39,519 nt of DNA from a virus (lineage: Duplodnaviria > Caudoviricetes), in the IMG/VR virus record IMGVR_UViG_3300028588_000047, positions 1 through 39,519 of that record. One strand, written 5' to 3'. The notes below the pieces were generated by a model. That model did not search any database, was not told the DNA's origin, and was given only the letters and a program-made list of their open reading frames with translations. Both the position numbers and the translations under genes were made by a program. Shown here in pieces: positions 15,389-24,900 of this stretch (position 1 is the stretch's first letter; every line of letters begins with the position of its first letter).

Positions 15389-16117
15389 ATGAGTTCAGCT
15401 CTAAGTGGAGTGTACGTTGATCTTGACTCACTCCTCGATACGCGCATTGGTACCCTCGCTAAGTTAGGAGGCAACGAATTAGTCTTAAATGTTTTAAAGG
15501 GCAACTACCATTCTCGCCAGGATGACAAGTTCCCTGGAGTTAACCTTGAGCAGTACAAAGCGCTTTACGCTAGTCGCGACGTTGAGACACTTACCCTCTC
15601 CACCCTCACAAACGTGATGTGGTTCTTAGGTAAAATTGTCACGGAGTTGATGAAGCAAGCTTTGGTACGTCCTTTTCACGAAGGCGTACGGGTGGTTTTA
15701 AACACTTATCCGTACCAGCTCACTGAAGAAGACCAAGCATCCATGAAGGGCATCTTAGCGGCAAAGATGAACGGCTATTCGACGGCGGAACTATCCTTCG
15801 AGCTTGAGACCGTATACCAGTCTGATGCAGAGCTAACCCCTGAATACTGCAAACTGAACTTCTCAGCGATGTTGATGTACAACTTTGATCACTGGCTAAC
15901 CTTGCACCAGGTTGCGCTTACCCAGTTACCGATGAATGAGGTGACACTTTATGCGCCAGCCTTATACCACGTTCACACCCCCACTGAAGAACAGATATCC
16001 GAATTGAAAACGCGATTCCATTGGAGCCCGTTTGAAGCACTAGAGAAAAGCGTTAATGGCGGAGTTAATCTTCAGCTGATGCCGGTTGAATTGTTCAGCA
16101 TTGTTAAGCCTGAATAA
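15389..16117 (+). CDS. Conserved jumbo-phage protein with a HAD-like N-terminal DxD motif
   Basis: GVYVDLDSLLDTR matches HAD motif I hhhDxDxxLxD. VVLNTYPY could be motif II. Confidence 0.6.
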   Translation: MSSALSGVYVDLDSLLDTRIGTLAKLGGNELVLNVLKGNYHSRQDDKFPGVNLEQYKALYASRDVETLTLSTLTNVMWFLGKIVTELMKQALVRPFHEGVRVVLNTYPYQLTEEDQASMKGILAAKMNGYSTAELSFELETVYQSDAELTPEYCKLNFSAMLMYNFDHWLTLHQVALTQLPMNEVTLYAPALYHVHTPTEEQISELKTRFHWSPFEALEKSVNGGVNLQLMPVELFSIVKPE

Positions 16118-16131
16118 GTGGCAGACGACAC

Positions 16132-16173
16132 CATACCCCACAGCCTCCCGCTCGCAAGAGCTGGGAGGCTGGG
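16132..16173. terminator. Bidirectional hairpin element between convergent genes
   Basis: CAGCCTCCC-GCTC-GCAA-GAGC-T-GGGAGGCTG (16141-16171) with a GNRA loop, preceded by CATAC. Confidence 0.7.
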
Positions 16174-16197
16174 AGTAGACAGTAACACCTTCCAGTC

Positions 16198-16701
16198 TTA
16201 CTCAGACTGACGACCTTTAGCGAAAGCGTCGTATGACAGCGACTCGACGCCCTGTTCCGTTTCACCTGGCACGAGATCAGGCGCACCTAAGTCATTCGGT
16301 AGAGTAGGAATCGCACGCGGATTGTTTTGCTGAGTTGGATCAACACGGAACATATTCGAGTTGATCGCGCGCAGCACACCTGCCACGTCACGGGCAGTAG
16401 CGTCAGCTGTTTTGGCAGCTTCTTCTTCAATACCCACACGACGACGACCCAGCGTACCTTTGTCCATATCGCTCGCAGCTTTAAGCATGGCCGAGAACAT
16501 GGCGGGGTCTTCGATTTGGTTGAGGTTCTTGTTGATGGCTTGAATGACCCGTACCCGCACCTTTTGGGTGAAGCGCAGGGTGTCATCCATATCGAGCACA
16601 TCGGTTGGTTCGCCAAGAGGTGGCAGAGCTGGTTCGAAGACTAAAGGTGGTGGAGCTGAATCCGGATCAAGGCCGTCTTCGGATGGATCATCGCGTTGCA
16701 T
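16198..16701 (-). CDS. Hypothetical protein
   Basis: 167-aa ORF with RBS-like AAAGG upstream, an acidic/Pro-rich N-terminus and a helical core. Confidence 0.7.
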   Translation of the reverse strand: MQRDDPSEDGLDPDSAPPPLVFEPALPPLGEPTDVLDMDDTLRFTQKVRVRVIQAINKNLNQIEDPAMFSAMLKAASDMDKGTLGRRRVGIEEEAAKTADATARDVAGVLRAINSNMFRVDPTQQNNPRAIPTLPNDLGAPDLVPGETEQGVESLSYDAFAKGRQSE

Positions 16702-16760
16702 GGTAGTACCTTTAAAGGAGGTGAGCGGGCATTCCCGAGAATTACGCTATTTAATCTCAA

Positions 16761-16780
16761 GACTATATCATTAAAATGAG
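16761..16780 (+). promoter_or_regulatory. Putative early (virion-RNAP) promoter
   Basis: GACTATATCATTAAAATGA is 16/19 identical to 38576-38594 and resembles the phiKZ early promoter core TATATTAC. It lies upstream of an operon start. Confidence 0.55.
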
Positions 16781-16810
16781 CTGTATCAAACACATTAGAA
16801 AGGAGTTGGA

Positions 16811-17338
16811 ATGAGAAGTTTACTGGGGCAACTGAAATCGTGGTTTGCCAAGCTCAATGGCGTCACAACGGAACCTGTTGACCCGACGACGTTGCCGTTA
16901 ATGGAGCAAGTGCGTTATCTTTACGAACGCCTCGATTTAACCCCGTTCGCGGATTGGCGCCTGAAGTACGGCCAAGGTATTACTGTCAGTGTGGTGCATC
17001 CTAACATTGACCTTTGCGTCGACGACATCGCTAACCACATCCGTAACATGGAACGTTCTGGGCATGTGTTAGATAGCCAGTGCAACTACAAACGTAGCAT
17101 CAAACCTTTTAACCGTTATCTCATTGACCGTGAGGGCTATTACCAAGAATCTGTCGTGAACAAACTGCGTGAGCTGCAGGATGCGACGATTGATTTGTGC
17201 AAAACCATCGACGAAGCTAAGACCGTTGAATACGAAACCAAATCGTATAACCTTCGCCAGCTGGGTCTCCTTTTAAATCATCTTCTCGAATTTGGCTACG
17301 CTCTCGAAGAGCTTAGCAAAACCTCTCACCCCGTTTAA
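16811..17338 (+). CDS. Hypothetical protein
   Basis: Strong RBS AAGGAG; 175 aa. Confidence 0.8.
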   Translation: MRSLLGQLKSWFAKLNGVTTEPVDPTTLPLMEQVRYLYERLDLTPFADWRLKYGQGITVSVVHPNIDLCVDDIANHIRNMERSGHVLDSQCNYKRSIKPFNRYLIDREGYYQESVVNKLRELQDATIDLCKTIDEAKTVEYETKSYNLRQLGLLLNHLLEFGYALEELSKTSHPV

Positions 17339-17392
17339 TCCCTCTTGTCCTTTTCTGCACTTAACCCGTTTCATCCGTTTGAGGTACCCGTC

Positions 17393-17896
17393 ATGTTGAA
17401 CCAAAAACCCAAAGTCAAACCCATCGCCAAGATGCTTGACGACCCGAATAAAGAAGTTGCCAAAACGCACGGCGCGAAAGGCTTGCTGTCCAAACTCTGG
17501 CGTTTGGTATTGCTTGATAACAAAATCTCTCACTACAAGTTCAGTAACCTAATGGATCACTATCTGAACAAGCAAACCAACCAAGCTATGGATAGCCCCG
17601 AGAAGCGCTTTAACAACCGTGGCAATCTCAACAAAGAATTCTCCAACTCCCAAATGAGTTGGAAGGTGTTTTGCAAGTGCATGCAGTTCATGCAGTTCAG
17701 CGAGATCCGCATCACGCTTGACGCCAAACACCATGACGGAAAAATCACGACACACCAGGTTCGGCTTAATCTGAAAGACGGCTTGATGGACGACCCAGAT
17801 TTCGATGACGAAGTCACAGACCGTCCGAACGCCAAAGTTCCAGACGACCAAGAACCAATTAACTTCTTGGATGACGATGATGAAGAAGCCCAATAA
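17393..17896 (+). CDS. Hypothetical protein with an acidic C-terminal tail, possibly nucleic-acid binding
   Basis: The start was reassigned to ATG 17393 after GAGGT. Basic N-terminus, motif RGNLNKEF..SQMSWKVFCK and a D/E-rich tail. Confidence 0.75.
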   Translation: MLNQKPKVKPIAKMLDDPNKEVAKTHGAKGLLSKLWRLVLLDNKISHYKFSNLMDHYLNKQTNQAMDSPEKRFNNRGNLNKEFSNSQMSWKVFCKCMQFMQFSEIRITLDAKHHDGKITTHQVRLNLKDGLMDDPDFDDEVTDRPNAKVPDDQEPINFLDDDDEEAQ

Positions 17897-17900
17897 GCCC

Positions 17901-18455
17901 ATGAACAGCATGACCCTGCCCCCTCCTAACTTGACGCTGCCTGACCCCACACAAGACAACGTCACCCACATCAACGTTCACTACACCTTTGCCAAGTCAG
18001 CGTTAGGGCGCGAGCTCTCCACGTACAAGGTGGCGTCGTTTGAACACCCTTACTTCGGTCCTTTCAAATGCATTGAAGGCTTCATGCGGTATATCGCCAG
18101 TGGCTGCCGTGACGACAGCTTTCGGCGCATGACCGGCTCTGAGGCGAAGACACACTTCGTGAAAGCGATTTCAGCGGGAACGCTTAAGAGCTATGACATT
18201 GCGAACGAAGGTGCCATCTTAACTTCGGCGGTGTACGCCAAGCTGCAACATAATCCTGTGATAGCAACACACTTCACGGAGTCGACATTGCCCTTTGATT
18301 TGTATTACCTCTACAAAACATCGAACTTACCTATTCGTCCGGTGGACGGGTATTTGTTGACAGACTCATTAACAGCTCTACGGGACTTGATGGTGCAAGG
18401 CAAGGAGCCTACGCCGATTGAGCCTGAAGAGTACGCTAAGCTGATTGTTCGTTAA
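17901..18455 (+). CDS. Divergent NADAR/YbiA-like phage protein
   Basis: THINVH...LGRELSTY...FEHPYFGPFKCIEGF (cf. LSNF...F.SVEHYF), AKLQHNPVI...FTEST (cf. KFxQNPxL..LL.T) and LTDSLTALRDLM. The start was reassigned to ATG 17901. Confidence 0.5.
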   Translation: MNSMTLPPPNLTLPDPTQDNVTHINVHYTFAKSALGRELSTYKVASFEHPYFGPFKCIEGFMRYIASGCRDDSFRRMTGSEAKTHFVKAISAGTLKSYDIANEGAILTSAVYAKLQHNPVIATHFTESTLPFDLYYLYKTSNLPIRPVDGYLLTDSLTALRDLMVQGKEPTPIEPEEYAKLIVR

Positions 18456-18467
18456 TTAGTTTAGCCG

Positions 18468-18498
18468 AGAATGCCTTCCTTGAGGGCATTCTTTTTTT
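18468..18498 (+). terminator. Canonical intrinsic terminator
   Basis: AGAATGCCTTC-CTT-GAGGGCATTCT followed by TTTTTT. Confidence 0.8.
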
Positions 18499-18512
18499 GT
18501 TCAAAGGCAGCT

Positions 18513-19850
18513 ATGTTAACGACGCGTACCATCGCCCCCACTACTTTCATTGCTGCGCCTGATGCTAAGCTTGCAGCTCCTGACGTTTACGAGATTCAAA
18601 GCGATGCGGTTATTAACAACACGCCTTCGATTGATCCCGACAAAGTCACCTCTGACTTGTTAGGGAACATGAAAGGTGGCAGTGCCATGGCAGCTGGATT
18701 GCCTGGACTGGAAAGCTTGACAACGGTTGATGCGAAAGGGAACTTTATCAGCAGTAACGCTAACGGGGCAACTTTAAGTAGCGGCACGTTGGGTTCTTCC
18801 TCTGTCGATGGCGGTTATTTCACCAGCATCAGTAACGGGTTGAAGTCAGTGCAAACCGGCACCCAAAGTTTGCTGGGTAGCTTACAAAGCGGCATCGCCA
18901 GTATCCCTGGCATGAACGCCAACAACATGTCTGCATTAAGTTCTCTTCTGACGCAGAAAGGCGTACCCGCTAGTCTGACGGCGTTAGTGACAAAACCATT
19001 GGGTTCGTCTTTGGGTTCTGTAGCAACCATTAACGGTGTTTCATCGAACGTTCCTACATCTAGCTTGAGCGACTTTAGTTCGGTCGCCAAATTAATCAAT
19101 ACAGCGGTCGGTTCTAGTTCCACAGTTTCTCTGGCGAACAAAGACGCTACGGCGAGACTGATCTCTGCCTTAACGATCGGTGGCGCGGCTTCTGGTGTAA
19201 ACAACGCCTTTAGTTCCACGTTACCTTTAGCTGGTGGCGATAAATCCATCATCTCCGTTGCCGCAGTAACGAGTTTATTGTCTGCCGCTAAAACGGGTAA
19301 CGTCGCAGTAATGGCGAACATCGCTACTAGTGCCGGCGCTAGCGCTATTGGCAGCATCGGTAAAAGTGCGATGTCGCTTCTGTCAACGAACTACAGTCTT
19401 ACAGGTCAATCCGGAAGCTACTCGGCAGCTGCGCAGCGACAAGCGTTTAGTGACACCCAAACCACGTTGAGTACGATCAACCCGAACTGGTTAAACAATG
19501 ACCGTTACAAGATCGACGCTACCACCAAGCAACCGGTTTTAGATTTCCCAGTGATCGATGCTTCGTTGGTCAAAAGTGGTAGTCCAGCTTTTGCCGGAAT
19601 GATGTGCTCAGGTGCGGTCGCCAGTGACGATCCTGACATGAAGTACCTGGCCATGGTGTCGGCTTTTCCGCAGTCCACACCAGAAGCTGAGTTGGCAAAA
19701 GCTTTTCCTTTGACGGTGACAGGTGTCACTACTCGCACCAGTGCCAATACTGACATCGTGTTGCCACCAGGTCCTGAGTTGGTTCCAGGCACGCCAGAAT
19801 ACCAAACCCAGATGTTCACTTACCTCAAAGCCAATAGTACCCTGCAATAA
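18513..19850 (+). CDS. Ser/Ala/Gly-rich virion structural (probable baseplate/tail) protein
   Basis: The start was reassigned to ATG 18513 (MLTTRTIAPTTFIAAPDAKLAAPDVY), because the listed 18471 start lies inside the terminator. It converges on the baseplate gene, and the product is inferred from composition and context. Confidence 0.6.
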   Translation: MLTTRTIAPTTFIAAPDAKLAAPDVYEIQSDAVINNTPSIDPDKVTSDLLGNMKGGSAMAAGLPGLESLTTVDAKGNFISSNANGATLSSGTLGSSSVDGGYFTSISNGLKSVQTGTQSLLGSLQSGIASIPGMNANNMSALSSLLTQKGVPASLTALVTKPLGSSLGSVATINGVSSNVPTSSLSDFSSVAKLINTAVGSSSTVSLANKDATARLISALTIGGAASGVNNAFSSTLPLAGGDKSIISVAAVTSLLSAAKTGNVAVMANIATSAGASAIGSIGKSAMSLLSTNYSLTGQSGSYSAAAQRQAFSDTQTTLSTINPNWLNNDRYKIDATTKQPVLDFPVIDASLVKSGSPAFAGMMCSGAVASDDPDMKYLAMVSAFPQSTPEAELAKAFPLTVTGVTTRTSANTDIVLPPGPELVPGTPEYQTQMFTYLKANSTLQ

Positions 19851-19851
19851 C

Positions 19852-19903
19852 ACAGCCTCCCCTCTTCCTTGCGGAGGAGGGGAGGTATGCTGTCATTTTT
19901 TTT
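19852..19903. terminator. Hairpin element with TATGC and a U-tract between convergent genes
   Basis: CCTCCCCTCTTCC-TTGC-GGAGGAGGGGAGG (19856-19885), then TATGCTG and T8. Confidence 0.8.
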
Positions 19904-19905
19904 GG

Positions 19906-21912
19906 TTATTTATCCGTACCACGGAAGAACATACCCAATGCCCGACCTGGGAAAGTGTTACCCAAGAAACTGGCCATGTGGGATGGTGACGTCCAAGAAT
20001 CGTAATCCACCATCGCTTTGGTGATGTTCAGCTTCAGGTTCTTCAAGCCGTAGATCTGATCGTTCAGCGCCATGCCTGACAACACCGCCAGGTAATCCGA
20101 AAACACGGTGTCTTGGGTAAACGCTGCACCCGTTAAGGTAATTGCTGCAACGCGACCTGCGTCACCGTCAATGGCGTTACCGACCGCTTGCGCAGCAGCT
20201 TGGGCGAAACTGAAGTTCTCAGTAATCGGCATGTGCAGAATCGACGACATGTCGACAATACTGAACGTGACGTCGACACCCAACGCTTTACCGTCTTGAT
20301 TGAAACCGACGTTACCAGTACCACGGGTAATCGACAATGACTCAATCATCCCTAAGCGAGTCTGGCAACGACCTTGGTCAAACAGTTCGACCAAGAACGG
20401 TCCCACGTACGACTGGGCGCCAGTGGACTTCGGTAACGCGCCAGCTAAAATCATTGCCAACGGAATGTCAATGTTCAAGACCTGTGACAACGGATTGTGA
20501 TAAGGTGAAACCAAATTCATGGTGTACGTCGAATGCGGCAGTTGCGCTGTCGAACCTTGCCAGTATTTAGGAATGTCCACAAAAGCAGAACCTGCCAACG
20601 TCGCCAGACCAGTCATCTCGACAGAGTCCAACACACCAGTGGCAAAAGACGTTACAGCGTCCTTAGCAGCCCCAAAGAGCGCACCAACCGCACCACCCAT
20701 CAGATTACCTTGACCGAAGTCGAAACGCTTGCTACGGGCCTCTGATGACATGCCATTGATCTTGGACGACAGATTCGATTCACCGACCGAGTTGCTGAAG
20801 GACTCCTGCACAGGGCCCGTTGCATTGACACGGAACGAAGCAAACTGGGAAGCGTCATCGAGTTCAGCTTTGGTGAACTTCACCAACGAATCCAACGTAC
20901 CGGTCTTCTTGTCCGTCCCCGTGGCGCCATTACCAACTGTGTCTTCCAAAGATTCTGCTGAGCTGCCAGATTCACCAGCAGCGTCTTTAGGTGGGGCGAC
21001 GTTAAACCACGCGGTCAGATAACTCTCCAGCGTCGGATGCTCAACGGTTGAGCCGGCTAAAGGTAATTGCTTACCCATGATCTCACGTACGACTGATTGC
21101 ATGTCCGTGACACCCAACGAGCGAGCTTGGTCCATCTTGTCTTGAATGAGCGACATGCGCTGGCGCTCTAACCGTTTAGCCCGAGTCATCATGGCGTACA
21201 CATCGATACGGCCACTTGGGCTAAAGATAGACGGCAGAATCTCTGACATTTTTTGTCCAGCTTCCACACCTTTGTAATCAGGTTCGAGTTCTGTACTAGC
21301 GGGACCGAACACCCGTGGCACGATACCGCGGTTCACGGAGATGTGGTTAACGATCGTTGTTACGGCATTCCAATAGAGCGGCATCGCTGGCTTGGAGTAG
21401 TAAAACTTGGAGTTCGGTTGCTTGGACAGAAAGTTCACTGCCGCACCGAGGAAGTGAATGGCCAAGAGCTGCCAAGAAGCCAACTGAACAACAAAACCAG
21501 CTACTTGACCTAACGAATAAAAGAACGCATTACTAGCGCGTCCAGTGCGGGCGATTTGACTGGCGCCGCTGTTATAGAAACCGGTAAAGAATTTGGTCAA
21601 GGAGTTGTGCTGCTCGATGCCAAAACGCATGTGGATGATTTGTTGATTGGCATCCAAGAACTCGGTATAGGCGCGACCTTTGCCTAAGCTACCTGAGAGT
21701 TTATTGGGGATCCGGATGTCGGCGTGACGGGTGCGCGCTGCAGGAGGATTGCAACAAAGACTACCGCCAGGACGTGTATCGGTGTAATCGATCGACGCGA
21801 CGCTAAAGAAGCGCTGATTCGCATCGGTTGACGTGGGATCGAATTCATCACTACGAACGAGGAATGAACGTCGTACCCATTGGGAATCTGGTTTAAAAGG
21901 TAAAGCTGCCAT
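19906..21912 (-). CDS. Baseplate/tail virion structural protein (phiKZ gp182-like)
   Basis: The start was reassigned to ATG 21912 after GAGGA. DTRPGGSLCCNPP, MPLYW, DIPKYWQGS and LGMIESLSITRG...LGVDVTFSIVD suggest a tail-tube-initiator/baseplate-like fold. It lies downstream of the tape-measure gene. Confidence 0.75.
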   Translation of the reverse strand: MAALPFKPDSQWVRRSFLVRSDEFDPTSTDANQRFFSVASIDYTDTRPGGSLCCNPPAARTRHADIRIPNKLSGSLGKGRAYTEFLDANQQIIHMRFGIEQHNSLTKFFTGFYNSGASQIARTGRASNAFFYSLGQVAGFVVQLASWQLLAIHFLGAAVNFLSKQPNSKFYYSKPAMPLYWNAVTTIVNHISVNRGIVPRVFGPASTELEPDYKGVEAGQKMSEILPSIFSPSGRIDVYAMMTRAKRLERQRMSLIQDKMDQARSLGVTDMQSVVREIMGKQLPLAGSTVEHPTLESYLTAWFNVAPPKDAAGESGSSAESLEDTVGNGATGTDKKTGTLDSLVKFTKAELDDASQFASFRVNATGPVQESFSNSVGESNLSSKINGMSSEARSKRFDFGQGNLMGGAVGALFGAAKDAVTSFATGVLDSVEMTGLATLAGSAFVDIPKYWQGSTAQLPHSTYTMNLVSPYHNPLSQVLNIDIPLAMILAGALPKSTGAQSYVGPFLVELFDQGRCQTRLGMIESLSITRGTGNVGFNQDGKALGVDVTFSIVDMSSILHMPITENFSFAQAAAQAVGNAIDGDAGRVAAITLTGAAFTQDTVFSDYLAVLSGMALNDQIYGLKNLKLNITKAMVDYDSWTSPSHMASFLGNTFPGRALGMFFRGTDK

Positions 21913-21941
21913 CGAAGTAAATCCTCGTGAATGAAACAGGA

Positions 21942-21965
21942 AGGGAGTGGGGTGAGCCACTCCCT
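21942..21965 (-). other. Intergenic hairpin after the tape-measure gene (attenuator or processing site)
   Basis: AGGGAGTGG-GGTGAG-CCACTCCCT is a perfect 9-bp stem. Confidence 0.55.
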
Positions 21966-21969
21966 AGCC

Positions 21970-24900
21970 TTATACCGGAGCCGGTGGACGTGCCACACTG
22001 ATAGGCGGTTTAGGCATATCAGTTGGCTTACGGGGAGTGTAACGGGCGTCTTGCGACGCCGGTGCTACAGGTGCTGATGCGGCAGGTTGGATACGCTTGG
22101 CGATGTCTTTCAAGACGTCTAACGAATCACGCTGAACTTGCAACGTGTCGCTAAGGATCTTGTTCGTATCGGTCATGTTCAACGTACGCGTATCGTTTTG
22201 CTGACGCGTTGCTGCCATCTGGTCTTGCGCTGAACGAGGAGGCATGAAGCCACCTGCCAACGCACCCATGGATGAACTAGGCAATGGAGTGGCAGTGGGA
22301 GCCACAGGGGGAGCTGATGGTGTAGCAGCGACAGGCGCAGGTGGTGCTTTACCTGAGGTATCTGTACCCACCGCGAAAGCTGACTTCGTTGGCGGGGTAG
22401 CTGCCGGCACGCTAGGTGCTGTTGCTGGAGGTGGAGCAGTCTTGGGAGAATCCACCAAAGCTTCACCGCCGTCAAACGACAAACCGTTCGTGCCGTTCTT
22501 AACCTTCTGGCCCATGTTTTGGTAAATCTGAGCCACTGTCAGGGGATTACTCTGACGGTCGTAGAACACACCCCGGTTCGCTGCTGCTTCTTTCGGCATG
22601 ACCGTAGCCGCAATTGCACTAGGGTCTAAATTCAAGAACTTACGCGCCCCACCAGGGCCTAAGAAGTGCGACATGTAGACGTCAGTGTCGGTAACGGATC
22701 GGCCGATCTTACCATCCAACCCAGCGATTGACATCTTCATGTATTCCGCCCCCATCAGTGCGTTTGCACGCGCGTCCGTTGGCGGGGTACCTGGAGCGAT
22801 ACCGTACTTCTTCCCGAACTTACCCAGCATCCAGTCCCAGGTCGATCGAATGAACTGGAACAGACCGGTTGCACTGGCGTTCGGACCAGGTGCTTTGATG
22901 TCAGGATTAAAGCCAGATTCAATCTTGGCCATTGCAGCTAAGAGCTTAGCATCAACTCCCACCATCTTCGCCGCTGCCATGATGGTGTCTTTGACGTTCG
23001 CCCAACCTTTGCCTTTTGCCTGTGGGATGTTGTTGATGTCTCCCGCAGTCCCTTTGCCAGGTTGCTCGATGTCACGACCGCCACCCATGGCAGTCGAACC
23101 ACTAGGCGAAGTCGGGGTAGGTGAAGGGCCCGTAAAGAGACTCTTGATCCCACCCCATGCTGAACTAGCAGCTGCCATCACACCACCGACAATACCACCT
23201 GACTTAGGTACGGTGCTGGTGTTCGCTGCCGACTTATTGGCAGTAGGTTGATTGCCAGCTTTCCCACCTGGTTCAGCCAACACAGACGCTTTCACCAAGT
23301 CTTTCATGGCTTGGATGTTGCCATCCGTTGAGCGCACATCAGCGTTGAGTTTATAATCAAGCCAAGGTGAAACAGAGACGTTCCACACTGAACCTGATTT
23401 ACCGTTCGAGGTAAAGACGCTGGTCGCCACTTCAACCGCTTGTGACGCCTTGAGTAAACCTTTACCTTCTTCGGTGTTGTCTTTACCGGTGAAGACCTTT
23501 ACCACACTGATGTAATTCAGGTACGCCGGTAAGAAACGCTGATTGAACCAGTTCAGCCAGTTCGCTGCCAGATCCGTGTTGGTGATATCCACACCGAAAG
23601 CGGCACCTTGGTTTGCCAAGATCTTCTCTAACGAACCATTCCACTTTGCAGTGTTCTTGTCAAAGGTGACGTCTTTTCCGACTTCACGCTCTAACGCCAT
23701 CAGGGCTTTGACTTTGTCGGACTCCATCTTCACCAACCCGTAGGTCTTCATCCGGACAACATCCAGACCGTCGACGGAGTTACTACCCAGACCAGTCAAT
23801 ACCACGTTCGCACCCACCGCAACCTGGCCACCTTTCAAAGCGGCAACAGAGCCACCAGCAGCTGCGGCAGCCAAGACCTTCTGACTCACACCTGAACCTG
23901 GGGTAGCGGGTACGGTAGCTGCTTTCACGGCGACTGCTGCTCCCACTGCGGCAACGCCAGCAATGCCTGAAGCAGGTTTGTCTTTTGCCTTTTTCGTCAG
24001 CTCAGTTTCAGCGAGCGAAATTAACATGTTGACGTCACCCTTGCCAGCTTTCAATGACTTGATATCTTTGAACGGCGAAGTCGATTCACCGTAAGGACCT
24101 TCAGGGAACCGCGAAGCGTTCATGTACTTCAACGCCACTGCAGGCTCCAAGCCATCAACATCACTGAGCCATTTATCTGGCGCATTCGCTTTCAGGGCAG
24201 CCACGTGGGTTAAGAAGACCGGTTTGAAGCGGTTACCAAACCATTGCAAGAAGTTGTTAAGCTCGCGCTCGTTCTTCATGTCAACGTCGAAGTCGCTGGC
24301 GAGATCTTCCGCCTTGACATTCTTGGAGTCCAACTTCGGACCTTCTTTACCGAACACCACTGCAGGACGCAGTTTGTCTTCCAAACCAAACACCGCATTG
24401 ACGTGATCGTTGTCGGTTGGGTAGAAACCATACTGAGCGTAACGAATCCGGGAGAGCAGCCCCAGTTTCTTTTTGCTGAGATACTTGTAGGCCATGTAAC
24501 CACCCACAGCCAACCCAGCTACTGCTGCTGCACCCAAAAGAACAGGCGCTGACAGCACCGCTCCAACTGCACCAGCGGCGGCACCCAAGCCTGCTCCGAT
24601 GGCGCCAGCTGCTGCCGCAACGCCACTAGCGACAGCTGACCCAGCACCTAACAACGCGCCACCGATTCCTAAACCTTCCAGACCCAACAACCCTGCCCCA
24701 ACCTTCCCGATACCTTTGGTTAAGCCCCAGGCTTTTCCGCCCAAGAACTTGGCTTTGCCTTTGAAGCCTTGGGCGTCGCCCCACTTGGCGCCGGGAGGAC
24801 GAGGTCCACGATTAGCGCTACCGCCAATACCGCCAAGAATGGTAGTATCGCCAGACCCATCATCATCACCATCGGCATTCTTTTTCCCTCGTAATTTATT

